64,000 nt of DNA from Patescibacteria group bacterium (GTDB lineage Bacteria; Patescibacteriota; Patescibacteriia; UBA9570), in contig JBAYIY010000007.1 of the NCBI GenBank assembly GCA_041665365.1, positions 11,103 through 75,102 on the forward strand. The letters are read 5' to 3'. This document shows positions 37,393-46,103 of the stretch, in pieces; the stretch's first letter is position 1, and each line of letters opens with the position of its first letter. The notes under the pieces are model-generated. The model saw nothing but the letters and a program-made list of their open reading frames with translations, did not search any database and had not been told where the DNA came from. The translations under genes were made by a program, and so were the position numbers.

Positions 37393-37482
37393 ATGATTAA
37401 GTTAATCGCAAAAATCAATAATGTGTTAGCGGTGTTTGTGTTATTGCTGGCCGCTACCATAATTTATCTTTATTTTAGATAA
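37393..37482 (+). CDS. possible unannotated 29-aa hydrophobic small protein (MIKLIAKINNVLAVFVLLLAATIIYLYFR), whose stop abuts the ATG at 37483
   Basis: Small ORF below the ORF-track cutoff, translationally coupled to the downstream membrane-protein gene. Confidence 0.2.
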   Translation: MIKLIAKINNVLAVFVLLLAATIIYLYFR

Positions 37483-38250
37483 ATGTTAATCTTCCAACGT
37501 TTTACTCCATATTGGACCACCGGTGTGGTAATGCTATGTCTGGCTCTCTTAGTAAAATACCCACAAGGGTGGTTAGCTTACTTGGTGATAGTGATATTAG
37601 TACCGATTAGTGCGATCATGATCATGCGCCAACCGCGTTGGCGGTTTGAGTATATTGGTTTATCAGTTCCGATGATATTGCTGGTAGTTGGTGGGTATAC
37701 CTTTTTACTAATTCAATCGACCCTGTGGTTACAAGTGGCGGCGGTGTTGTGTACCGGTATCTTTTTTTTCCTATTTGAGAAAAACCTCGCGGTCTGGTTA
37801 TTTCAACCGAACAAATATATTCCATTTTCCATGGAGCATATTAGTATTTATTGCAACGTTGTAGCATCATTTTATACTTATGTCAGTCTGTTCATGTTTT
37901 CAATTTTACGCTTAACTCAGCTGCGCTATATTTTTATTGCCACTTTATTAGTAACAACGGCGCTGGTGGGGCAAACATTTTGGATTCAGAAGATACCCTG
38001 GGTGAAAGCCAAGTGGTTTGTGTTAGTGATAACTGTTGTTATGACGCAATTAGTAGTAGTGCTCTATTATTGGCCAGTGAGTTTTTTTGTGACCGGTATT
38101 ATTATGACATTACTACTCTATGTCTTATTGCACTTAAGCCGGCATCATCTGACAGAAACCTTAACTAAACAATTGGTCTGGCGGTATTTATTGACCTGTG
38201 GTTTAGGATTAATTTTATTATTAGCCACAGCGCAGTGGTTATATGTATGA
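37483..38250 (+). CDS. polytopic integral membrane protein (hypothetical)
   Basis: 255 aa with about 8 hydrophobic helices. Confidence 0.45.
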   Translation: MLIFQRFTPYWTTGVVMLCLALLVKYPQGWLAYLVIVILVPISAIMIMRQPRWRFEYIGLSVPMILLVVGGYTFLLIQSTLWLQVAAVLCTGIFFFLFEKNLAVWLFQPNKYIPFSMEHISIYCNVVASFYTYVSLFMFSILRLTQLRYIFIATLLVTTALVGQTFWIQKIPWVKAKWFVLVITVVMTQLVVVLYYWPVSFFVTGIIMTLLLYVLLHLSRHHLTETLTKQLVWRYLLTCGLGLILLLATAQWLYV

Positions 38251-38957
38251 AGAGACTACCGGTACCGACAGCGCCAAGTGAAAGAGCTAAATGGCAAACG
38301 GCTGAACCCGGTCGGTCGGCTTGGTTAATTTTAACACTGCTGTTAAGTTTGATAGCGGGTTTTACCGGTAGTTTAATGGCTGATGTTTATGAATTGGATT
38401 TAACACCAACCGCCCCGAATGTGATTGTAGTGCCGGATAATACTTCGTCGGCGTCGGCTAGTTTAGTAGCCGCTCTACAAAATGATCAGGCCGATGCCTT
38501 AGTGCTGATTCGTGATGAAAATACCATTTTAGGTAATGGGATAGTACAGAGTGGTGATGGTTGGATCGTGGCTGTGTCCGAAATATTTACCGATCAAACA
38601 ACCGTGACCATAGAAACTAATGCCGGTAAAAAATATACCAGTGATCAAATGCGCCTTGATGCAACGACCGGTTTAGCCTACATCCATGTAAATACGACCG
38701 GTTTAAGAATTGCCCAGTTTAGAGATAAGCCAGTTGAGTTAGGGGAAAGCTTAATTGTATATGGCCGTAATCCTGTCACCACGGTGGCATATGCATCAGT
38801 GTCTGGTCTTAATGATAAAGATATTATATTAGATCGCACGGTAGAAAAAAGTTTAGTAGGCGCACCGATTTATGATTTGACCAATGCCATGGTTGGTTTT
38901 GCTACGAATTCAACCAAGATAATCCCGATTGAGTTGGTGGCAGAGCCAGGGTTATAA
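38235..38957 (+). CDS. membrane-anchored hypothetical protein
   Basis: 240 aa; TM helix AWLILTLLLSLIAGFTGSLMA; 16-nt overlap with the upstream gene. Confidence 0.4.
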   Translation: MVICMKRLPVPTAPSERAKWQTAEPGRSAWLILTLLLSLIAGFTGSLMADVYELDLTPTAPNVIVVPDNTSSASASLVAALQNDQADALVLIRDENTILGNGIVQSGDGWIVAVSEIFTDQTTVTIETNAGKKYTSDQMRLDATTGLAYIHVNTTGLRIAQFRDKPVELGESLIVYGRNPVTTVAYASVSGLNDKDIILDRTVEKSLVGAPIYDLTNAMVGFATNSTKIIPIELVAEPGL

Positions 38958-38959
38958 AA

Positions 38960-39032
38960 CTTTACCCCCAACCCCCTTGCAGGGGGCTAAGAAAAAATGT
39001 TTTTAAAAAACTTCTTTGGGGGACTAAGGGGG
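38960..39032. repeat. repeat family A copy (right arm degenerate)
   Basis: CTTTACCCCCAACCCCCTTGCAGGGGGCTAAGAAAAAATG...GGGGGACTAAGGGGGTACATTCC. Confidence 0.7.
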
Positions 39033-39087
39033 TACATTCCAGTAAGCCTTTTGCGAGTTTTATTTTTTTCTGTTATAATTTTAACCA

Positions 39088-39951
39088 ATGAATTATCTTC
39101 GCATTGTCTTTGCCCATTGGATTGCCATATTGTTCATCACCACTGCGGCCGCGGCGCTTACGGTCGGGTTATCTTTTATTCCTACCCAGATGTATTCATC
39201 GGAGGTGTCTTTATTGATTGTGCAGAAACAAGCGCAGTATGTTGACCCTTACACATCACAGAAAGCTGCCGAAAAGTTGGGGCAAAATTTAGTGAATGTG
39301 ATCGACTCATTTGATTTTTTAAACCGCGTTTTGGCCACCGGCACAGTCTCACCCGATTTATTTAGTGCTTCCACTGATGCCCGTAAAAAACAATGGGAAG
39401 CCATGACTGATGCGGAAATGTTTAGTAACACTGGTGTGTTGCATATCACCGCTTATGCCCCCACCGCCGGTGCCGCTGAAGATGTGGTGATGGCCATGAG
39501 TACAGTGCTCACTACTAATTCATCAGATTATCATGGTGGGGGAGATACCGTTGAGATTAAGCTCATCGATGGGCCGGTCACATCGGATAGTCCGGTAAAA
39601 CCAAACATTCCATTAAATGGTGCGATTGCGGCTGTGTTAGGCCTAATCGCCTCGGCGGCTGTATTTATTGTTTATGAAGAAACCAAACGGTTACAAGATG
39701 AACAAGCCAAGGTGAGGTATGTGCAAACCGTCACGCCTGGTAGAGACGTGCCGCCGGCACGTCTCTACGATGATCGGATTGAAAAATCTGATCAAATCAT
39801 AGAGCCCCAATATAAGGTATTAGATGAATACCCCAAACAGCCATATGTGTATGGTGCGGAATTGAAGGATGAAGAACCTCGCCAAGGGGCGGGTGAACCT
39901 CGCCAAGGGGCGGGTGAACCGGTGTCGATGCAGGATCATTTGAAAAAATAG
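39088..39951 (+). CDS. Wzz/YveK-like polysaccharide chain-length-determinant N-terminal domain protein with a C-terminal EPRQGAG tandem repeat
   Basis: N-terminal TM helix followed by YSSEVSLLIVQKQ... typical of Wzz/Cap8A N-termini; a family-C palindrome (39740-39768) and a 21-bp tandem duplication (39886-39927) lie inside the ORF. Confidence 0.4.
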   Translation: MNYLRIVFAHWIAILFITTAAAALTVGLSFIPTQMYSSEVSLLIVQKQAQYVDPYTSQKAAEKLGQNLVNVIDSFDFLNRVLATGTVSPDLFSASTDARKKQWEAMTDAEMFSNTGVLHITAYAPTAGAAEDVVMAMSTVLTTNSSDYHGGGDTVEIKLIDGPVTSDSPVKPNIPLNGAIAAVLGLIASAAVFIVYEETKRLQDEQAKVRYVQTVTPGRDVPPARLYDDRIEKSDQIIEPQYKVLDEYPKQPYVYGAELKDEEPRQGAGEPRQGAGEPVSMQDHLKK

Positions 39952-40065
39952 GGGTTTTCCCCAGTAATTTAGGTAAAAAAACGAGTTCAAATAAATGGAC
40001 TCGTTTTAGTATTGACAAAAAGTAGAAATAATGCTAAATTGTTCAGTTATTTTTGGGGACATATG

Positions 40066-40220
40066 TACCCCCTAGCCCCCTTGCAGGGGGTAAAAGATAA
40101 CAATAAACTTATGCACCTTTTCACTATGAACAGTTAGTACGAACGGGGATACCATGAGTGTACCCCCAACCCTCATCTCTTATCCCCTTGAAAGGGGGAC
40201 AGAGGGGGTAAATTCCGGAG
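40066..40220. repeat. repeat family A copy (long internal region), immediately abutting leader module copy 1
   Basis: GTACCCCCTAGCCCCCTTGCAGGGGGTAAAAG ... CTTATCCCCTTGAAAGGGGGACAGAGGGGGTAAATTCCGGAG. Confidence 0.75.
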
Positions 40221-40760
40221 TGGGTAAACACCAGTTAGTCTCACACGAATCAGATGAGAACACCATCAAAGTGAAGGTGTTGCCATGTGGTTCGTCTGTA
40301 TAGCCGGTGATCAGCAATGATCGCTGGCTGTCATGAATCACTCAACCCGAAAGGGTTAAGCACATTTACAATCTACTTTCCTACTTCGACTCGTTTCACT
40401 CGCTCAGTATAAATTTATTGAGCATGTAAGCTTGTCGAATGATCATCGGTAGCGATATACAGACCTCATCAATATACATACTTCTTTGAGTACACCACCC
40501 TAGCCCTCCTATTCTAGGAGGGAATAAGAATAAATTTTCTTACTCCCTTCCTACAATAGGAAGGGCCGGGGATGGTGTATTCCGGAGAGGGATACGTATC
40601 CGGAGAGGTCTCCATATCGCTACCGATGAAACCAACAATATCGGAGCTCGGTTCCCCAACGGGGAGACATTCGTCGCGGCAATTTCGCCGTGATGTATGT
40701 CCACCCGGACGTGAACCGGGACCGATCGACTTCACTCGACTACATGGAGCTACGAAAACA
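40204..40760 (+). repeat. leader module copy 1 (~555 bp), a mosaic duplicate of 42546-43053, ending at the start codon of the first GC-rich gene; contains a family-B repeat bracketed by a 23-bp imperfect inverted repeat (ATCGGTAGCGATATACAGACCTC / GAGGTCTCCATATCGCTACCGAT)
   Basis: Shared blocks GGGGGTAAATTCCGGAGTGGGTAAACACCAGTTAGTCTCACACGAATCAGATGAGAACACCATCAAAGTGAAGGTGTTGCCATGTGGTTCG, AATCATCGGTAGCGATATACAGACCTCATCAA, the whole family-B element, and GAACCGGGACCGATCGACT...GGAGCTACGA.AATGACG. Confidence 0.8.
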
Positions 40761-42236
40761 ATGACGTTCAAGAACATCCTCGCGATCTTCACGTTCATCT
40801 TCGCCATTCTCGCCCCGGCGACCGTCGCCCAGGCCCAGGAGAAGTGGGAGGATCCAAAAGTGGGTCCGTTCACTCTCGGGTACTGGTCGAAGCTCGATGC
40901 CGGCGCGACCAGTGTCGACGCCGCGGCGGCCGGGATCATGAAGAACTTCAAGGAGTGTGAGAGCAAGTACGGCCAGGGTGGGTGCTACATCCAGTTCGAA
41001 TCATCTACTGACATCAACCGCTGGGACAACACCAAGAATGGCAAGGACGACGCATTGCACGGTGGGCTCGGAGAGGGACGCACCGCGGTCCTCAAGGACG
41101 CGGTGTTTTCTCGATCCGCAAGGATCAAGGAATACTCGGTCACCGACTACCCCCACCACGGTGCGAAAGATGGATGGCGGTACTCCTGGGCGACGATCAT
41201 GCCCAAGGAAGGTGCCTCCGCGATGCCGAAGGTGTCGGCCGACCCCAACAAGAGGTGGAGCTTCCTCACGGAAGTGCTCCTCCGCCAGACCGATAACCTC
41301 TGTCCCACGATGGTGCGGGCGGACGCGGTCACGCGAACCTACACCCTGCAGGGTCAAACCTGCGGGTGCAGCACGTTCGATGCAGTGCCCAGCACCCGCC
41401 AGTTGGAGGTCAGGAACGACCTCACCTGGTTGGGAAAGGTCGTCGCGGACCGCTCGAAGTGGTCCGACGCGAAGACTTTGACCTGGACGGAAGTCCGGGC
41501 CGCTCTCGAGGAGGGCACCGAGTCCCGCGTCATCGAAGTCGACGCGCTCGGCGATCCGTCCTCCACGCCCGACGGTCTGTCCGTTGAGTTCGTGGAGTCG
41601 GAGACCCTGCTCCGGGTGCAGTTCCCGGACAGGTGCTCGCCGATCCTCGACGCCGCGAAGGCAGAGGCCGACGCCAAGGCGCAAGCCAAGGCTCAGGCCG
41701 ACGCCGACGCCCGCGAGTCCGCAAGGCTCGCGGCGTACAACACCGACTTCATGGTCGGTGGGTCGGTCGCGGGTACGGGGACGTTCATCCCCAAGTACAG
41801 CCCCTTCAACCCGGGCAGGGGTTTCGACCTCGCCGGGCACGTCGAGGGCGGTGCGGTGATCGGCGGCGGGTACGGCGCGTGGGCTTTCGGGCTCGGCGTC
41901 GGCCCGTCGTGGGACCCGAACTGCCTGACCCCCGGCCAGGTTGACCTCGAGGCCTTCACCGGCCCGTGGCTCAACAGGCAGGGGAAGGTCGGGTTCTCCG
42001 CCTTCCTGAACGGATCTGCGGGCTTCACCATGTACAACGGTGAAGTCCTCACCCCGCGGTACCGCCTGGGTCTCAACCTGGGCGTGCCCGTGCAGGTGGA
42101 GCGTGAGCTCTACCTGGTTCCCCAGATCGGCCCCGTGGTCGACTGGGTGAGCGGGCAGGTGCAGGCGACCGGCGGCTTCGCGATCACCGAGCGAGTCGGG
42201 ATCGCGGGTGGTCTGCGGATCATCAAGACGTTCTGA
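40761..42236 (+). CDS. GC-rich, probably horizontally acquired secreted protein with a C-terminal OMP-like beta-barrel region (C-terminal Phe). The start is set at MTFKNILAIF; the ORF-track start at 40572 lies inside the repeat leader
   Basis: Signal peptide MTFKNILAIFTFIFAILAPATVAQA; AKAEADAKAQAKAQADADAR low-complexity linker; glycine- and aromatic-rich alternating C-terminal region ending ...GLRIIKTF; codon usage strongly GC3-biased, unlike flanking genes. Confidence 0.6.
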   Translation: MTFKNILAIFTFIFAILAPATVAQAQEKWEDPKVGPFTLGYWSKLDAGATSVDAAAAGIMKNFKECESKYGQGGCYIQFESSTDINRWDNTKNGKDDALHGGLGEGRTAVLKDAVFSRSARIKEYSVTDYPHHGAKDGWRYSWATIMPKEGASAMPKVSADPNKRWSFLTEVLLRQTDNLCPTMVRADAVTRTYTLQGQTCGCSTFDAVPSTRQLEVRNDLTWLGKVVADRSKWSDAKTLTWTEVRAALEEGTESRVIEVDALGDPSSTPDGLSVEFVESETLLRVQFPDRCSPILDAAKAEADAKAQAKAQADADARESARLAAYNTDFMVGGSVAGTGTFIPKYSPFNPGRGFDLAGHVEGGAVIGGGYGAWAFGLGVGPSWDPNCLTPGQVDLEAFTGPWLNRQGKVGFSAFLNGSAGFTMYNGEVLTPRYRLGLNLGVPVQVERELYLVPQIGPVVDWVSGQVQATGGFAITERVGIAGGLRIIKTF

Positions 42237-42428
42237 TCTGAGTAGGAAAGTAGGTTAGGGTGAGGGGGTATAGGTTGTGTCGCAAGTCTGCGAACAATCT
42301 GTACCTCCTCCCCACCTACACAAATATGAATAAGGGATAATGTCTCTCGAGGTAGTGACCTCGGTAAACATGGTTCCTGATTCAACTGAATAAGGAATCG
42401 GTCTTTAAAAATAATCTATGGTTAAAAC

Positions 42429-42562
42429 CTTTACCCCCTCTGTCCCCCTCTCGCCTCTGCGAAGCCGCTACGGCGGAGCACGGTGCAGGGGGATAAGAAA
42501 AGAAGTTTTAAAAATATCTTCTCATAGCCCCCTGCAAGGGGGTTGGGGGTAAATTCCGGAGT
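42429..42562. repeat. repeat family A copy in inverted orientation, with a 37-nt GC-rich insertion in one hairpin loop
   Basis: TTTACCCCCTCTGTCCCCC-[TCTCGCCTCTGCGAAGCCGCTACGGCGGAGCACGGTG]-CAGGGGGATAAGAAAAG ... TAGCCCCCTGCAAGGGGGTTGGGGGTAAATTCCGGAG. Confidence 0.75.
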
Positions 42563-43053
42563 GGGTAAACACCAGTTAGTCTCACACGAATCAGATGAGA
42601 ACACCATCAAAGTGAAGGTGTTGCCATGTGGTTCGAAGAGTCATAGTCGATCAGCAATGATCGCTTGTGACCACGAAACACAATTTGTTCTTTAAAATCT
42701 TCTGCTAAGAATCATCGGTAGCGATATACAGACCTCATCAAGCATACACACTTCTTTGAGTACACCACCCTAGCCCCCCGCCTTGCCGGCGTGGCAGGTC
42801 CTATTCTAGGAGGGAATAAGAATAAATTTTCTTACTCCCTTCCTACAATAGGAAGGGCCGGGGATGGTGTATTCCGGAGAGGGATACGTATCCGGAGAGG
42901 TCTCCATATCGCTACCGGTGAAAACAATACCGGCGTGCTCGGTTCCCAGAATGGGAAAGATGCGGTTGTGGGAATGTTCCCATGACATGTGTTCTACCCT
43001 GTTCAAAAGAACCGGGACCGATCGACTACACAATTTCGACTGGAGCTACGACA
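42546..43053 (+). repeat. leader module copy 2 (~510 bp) preceding the second GC-rich gene
   Basis: See copy 1; the central segment differs (about 50 nt versus about 120 nt), and the first hairpin of the family-B element carries a CCCGCCTTGCCGGCGTGGCAGGT insertion. Confidence 0.8.
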
Positions 43054-43839
43054 ATGACGCTCAAAAACATCGTGATCTCGCTCGCGCTCGTCGTCGGTTG
43101 CAAGATGGGCCCGGTGCAGGAATGTGACTCGGACTCGGACTGCTTCGAAACCAACACCAACTCCGATACCGACACCGACGCGGACACGGACACGGACGCC
43201 GACGCTGATACGGACACGGACTCCGACACCGATACCACCGAAACCGACGTGGACAACGACGGCGACGGGTACACCGTGGACGGCGGGGACTGCAACGACG
43301 CCAACGCCAGCGTCCACCCGGGCGCGACCGAGTACTGCAACGGCGTCGACGACGACTGCAACGGGTCGATCGACGACAATGACACCGACGGGGACGGGTA
43401 CGTCTCCGACGACTGCACGTCATATGACGGAGTCGCCGGCCTCCCCGGTGGTGATTGCGCGGATTCGATCGGGACGACGGCGTCCTGGTCGAACAGCGAT
43501 ATCCACCCGGGGCAGTTGGAAATGTACGACTGGATCGACACTAACTGCGACGGCACCGCCGACGATGGATGTAGTATGTTGTGCGACACCGACGGCGACG
43601 GATACGAGAATTTCGAACAGGGCAGCGGGCCCGAGTTCGAGTGCGTGGACGCGTCGTTCGTGGCGGATCAGTCCGCCTCGAGCAGCCCGTTCGATACGAC
43701 GATCTCGTGGACGTATGCCTCCAGCGGAGTGGTTTACTCCGGTGTGAACGCAACGTGCGAAATGACGGCGGCCCAGCAGGTCGATCCGTCAACCTGGAGG
43801 ACGATCACGTCCATCCAGGCCGAGATGGCCACCCGCTAA
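43054..43839 (+). CDS. GC-rich, probably horizontally acquired lipoprotein with a (D-T/D-A)n linker and repeated Cys-rich MopE-type 'putative metal-binding' motifs
   Basis: Lipobox LALVVGC; DTDTDADTDTDADADTDTDSDTDT; DGDGYTVDGGDCNDANASVHPGATEYCNGVDDDCNG and DGDGYVSDDC...DTNCDGTADDGC repeats. Confidence 0.6.
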   Translation: MTLKNIVISLALVVGCKMGPVQECDSDSDCFETNTNSDTDTDADTDTDADADTDTDSDTDTTETDVDNDGDGYTVDGGDCNDANASVHPGATEYCNGVDDDCNGSIDDNDTDGDGYVSDDCTSYDGVAGLPGGDCADSIGTTASWSNSDIHPGQLEMYDWIDTNCDGTADDGCSMLCDTDGDGYENFEQGSGPEFECVDASFVADQSASSSPFDTTISWTYASSGVVYSGVNATCEMTAAQQVDPSTWRTITSIQAEMATR

Positions 43840-44107
43840 AGGTGGTTATCTCAACCGGAGATTGGTAGTTCTCCGGGCACAGACATAAGTGCAAACAAAA
43901 AACCAAAATCTTCTAGCAGAAGATAGATCAGCTCGGGAGGTGGCATGAGTAGAGCACACAAACGCTCCTCGCCACCTCCCACCTTCGCTCTAAGAAGAGC
44001 TTCGGCGGGCAAGCCCACCTAATAATGTATCCAGAATCAAATAGTATTATGGATAGATTAATGGGAAATAGTAATTAACAAATAGGAGTTAGGAAATAAA
44101 TAGGGGG

Positions 44108-44134
44108 TTGACGTGACCTTTTTTTTGATATAAT
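44108..44134 (+). promoter_or_regulatory. strong sigma70-like promoter (TTGACG-15 nt-TATAAT) 9 nt upstream of the antitoxin ATG
   Basis: GGGGGTTGACGTGACCTTTTTTTTGATATAATATCGATTTATG. Confidence 0.45.
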
Positions 44135-44142
44135 ATCGATTT

Positions 44143-44391
44143 ATGACTACGGCTAAATTAGTAAAAACAGTAAATTCATGTCCAAAGACAAGTTTGAATG
44201 ACAAACCGGTTGTTATGATACCCATGGAACTATGGGAAACGCTTCAGGTACAATTACTAACAAGACCAGTCCCGACTTATTATTTGCAAGGAAAAGAGGC
44301 AAAACAATTAGATCATCTTGTTCAACAAGGTATAAACGCAGCTCGATCGAGAAAAACTAGAGTAATAACTTCACTTGCAGAGTTAGATTAG
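44143..44391 (+). CDS. Phd/YefM-like type II antitoxin
   Basis: 82 aa; ...NDKPVVMIPMELWETLQ... matches the core Phd/YefM fold pattern. Confidence 0.45.
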   Translation: MTTAKLVKTVNSCPKTSLNDKPVVMIPMELWETLQVQLLTRPVPTYYLQGKEAKQLDHLVQQGINAARSRKTRVITSLAELD

Positions 44392-44395
44392 CCCA

Positions 44396-44716
44396 TGAAC
44401 ATACAGGTCACAGATCGTTTCGTTAAGCAATATAAAAAATTTATCGATGAGGTTAGATGATGATTATGGAAAAATAAAAATACGAAGTCACACTGAAAAA
44501 GATATTAAAATGTGCTACCAGCACATTTTTTTGTATTCAGCGTTATCAGTTCTTTCAGCGCCTCAGCGATCCATTTGGCCGTGTGGCCTTGTCTCCACAA
44601 CAATCATGGCTAGCACTGTCATATATGTCCACATCACGGCGGTACCTTGGAGTAGATTATCACTGACACTAATTGTTAGCGCGGCAATAATTAAGGCCAT
44701 ACCAAACAGAGCATAG
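44396..44716 (+). pseudogene. decayed RelE/ParE-family toxin remnant (21-aa N-terminal fragment MNIQVTDRFVKQYKKFIDEVR-stop, followed by a frameshifted continuation that overlaps the 3' end of the convergent O-antigen-ligase gene)
   Basis: A typical RelE/ParE N-terminus lies 4 nt after the antitoxin stop and is then interrupted. Confidence 0.35.
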
Positions 44717-45966
44717 TGTTTTTGCCAGCTGTCTTCATGGTGGCTAACATAATTCCAGAATAGTGTTACTAACAAACCTAGCCAGAAACCAAGATACAGA
44801 GCCAAACCAACGAAGCCGGTTTCAATGGCTAAACGGAGATAATCATTATGGGCTTCAGGGTCATCAAACAAACCGATATCGCCCTGTTGTCTTAAAGTCA
44901 CAAAGTTGCCTAAACCGTAACCGAGAAGGGGAGAATTGAGGGTTTGCGGTGCCATAGTTTGAAACACCTGTAAGCGCCAATCAATCGAATCGGCTTCCTC
45001 ATCACGACTGGTTAGGCGATGTAAGAGGTTTATTTTATTTAGATCATAATTAAAAGTATTGATGGTAACAGTGTTGATTACTTGCCACAACAAAAATGCA
45101 CCGACTAAGACAGTAGCAATAGTGAGTAATTGTTTACGATAATATTTTAGGCCAATTAATATTTGAATGACGACAAAACCAATCCAGGCACCTCGAGTAT
45201 AGGTGAATAATAACATCACCAACCCCAAGCCGATTAGCCATGGATATATTAAAGACCGTTGTTCAGGTTTTTTAGTCAGTTGGGTGATTAATAATAAATT
45301 TATGATACATACCAAATAAAACCCAAACACATTCGGGTGACCAAAGGTGCCATAGACGCGGTTATCTAAACCACCAAATGATAGCCCGGTGGCGGTAATA
45401 AGCTGCACCAAGCCAGCGGCTAATGGTATCACCAGAGCCACGGCTAGTACCGGTGTTAGCCGCGTGATACTGTGTGGTTGTGTGGTAGCCACGTGGTAGG
45501 CAATTATAAAAATAATCACAATCGAACTGAGGCGGAGCCATTCACTCAATGAGATAAATGTATCCAAGCTGACACCCAAGGTGGCGGCTCCCCAGATTAA
45601 AACTCCAATCAGCCAGCCCAATTGGGTAGTGGCACTAAGTTCAACCCGTTCTCTAAGTAGAATTACTAAGAACCACACAATCACCAATATTGCCACCATG
45701 GAAGTTAAATTTATAGTGACTGATCGAATGGTTAAAAGGCCATAGCCAGAAAATATATCAATGATCGGGCGAAAGATGAGTAGGGCATATAAACCATACT
45801 CGGTTTTTAATAAAAAAATTGGGGCGATAATTACAATGGCCGCTAAGCCAATGGCGGATGTAGCAGAAATATCTCCAAATACTATCCAGCCTAATACACT
45901 TAACACTGTTAGGCTGTATATAATTAAAAGTATGGTGTTGAATTTTGAAAGTGGGGAGAAAGACAT
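44563..45966 (-). CDS. O-antigen ligase / Wzy-like polytopic membrane protein
   Basis: 467 aa, about 12 TM helices, with a large periplasmic loop containing YTRGAWIGF... in the position expected for a Wzy_C domain. Confidence 0.5.
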   Translation of the reverse strand: MSFSPLSKFNTILLIIYSLTVLSVLGWIVFGDISATSAIGLAAIVIIAPIFLLKTEYGLYALLIFRPIIDIFSGYGLLTIRSVTINLTSMVAILVIVWFLVILLRERVELSATTQLGWLIGVLIWGAATLGVSLDTFISLSEWLRLSSIVIIFIIAYHVATTQPHSITRLTPVLAVALVIPLAAGLVQLITATGLSFGGLDNRVYGTFGHPNVFGFYLVCIINLLLITQLTKKPEQRSLIYPWLIGLGLVMLLFTYTRGAWIGFVVIQILIGLKYYRKQLLTIATVLVGAFLLWQVINTVTINTFNYDLNKINLLHRLTSRDEEADSIDWRLQVFQTMAPQTLNSPLLGYGLGNFVTLRQQGDIGLFDDPEAHNDYLRLAIETGFVGLALYLGFWLGLLVTLFWNYVSHHEDSWQKHYALFGMALIIAALTISVSDNLLQGTAVMWTYMTVLAMIVVETRPHGQMDR

Positions 45967-45989
45967 TGAGATTATTATAACACATCAAT

Positions 45990-46024
45990 CCAGTAGAGAC
46001 ATGCCATGGCATGTCTCTACTGGA
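45990..46024. repeat. family-C perfect palindrome CCAGTAGAGACATGCCATGGCATGTCTCTACTGG (17-bp stem) between the GC-rich minus-strand gene and the O-antigen-ligase gene
   Basis: Read directly; likely transcription terminator or insulator. Confidence 0.7.
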
Positions 46025-46103
46025 TTGATAAAAAAAAGAGGCCCCGGGAGATTGTCATGTACATGCGTAGTACAGACAACCTCAACCGGGGCGTCCAAAT
46101 TCT

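Noticed and set aside
40204-40300. Considered whether the conserved 5' block of the leader (GGGTAAACACCAGTTAGTCTCACACGAATCAGATGAGAACACC...GGTGTTGCCATGTGGTTCG) is a tRNA or a known riboswitch (for example c-di-GMP-I)
   Set aside because: No cloverleaf with a T-loop/GTTCGA motif can be drawn, and no match to the GEMM or other riboswitch consensus elements that I can recall. It is left as an unclassified, possibly structured leader.
40572-40760. ORF-track N-terminal extensions of the GC-rich genes (MVYSGEGYVSGEVSISLP..., MTCVLPCSKEPGPIDY...)
   Set aside because: These stretches lie inside the duplicated leader repeat and have native, non-GC-rich composition. The true starts are the ATGs preceding the signal peptides (40761 and 43054).
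40957-42385. Many overlapping ORFs on both strands inside the GC-rich genes (for example 40957-41481, 41001-41840, 41693-42076, 43003-43589, 43124-43747, 46191-46850)
   Set aside because: GC-rich DNA has few stop codons in any frame. These are Arg/Pro/Ala-rich antisense or out-of-frame artefacts. Only one frame per locus shows signal peptides and protein-like composition.
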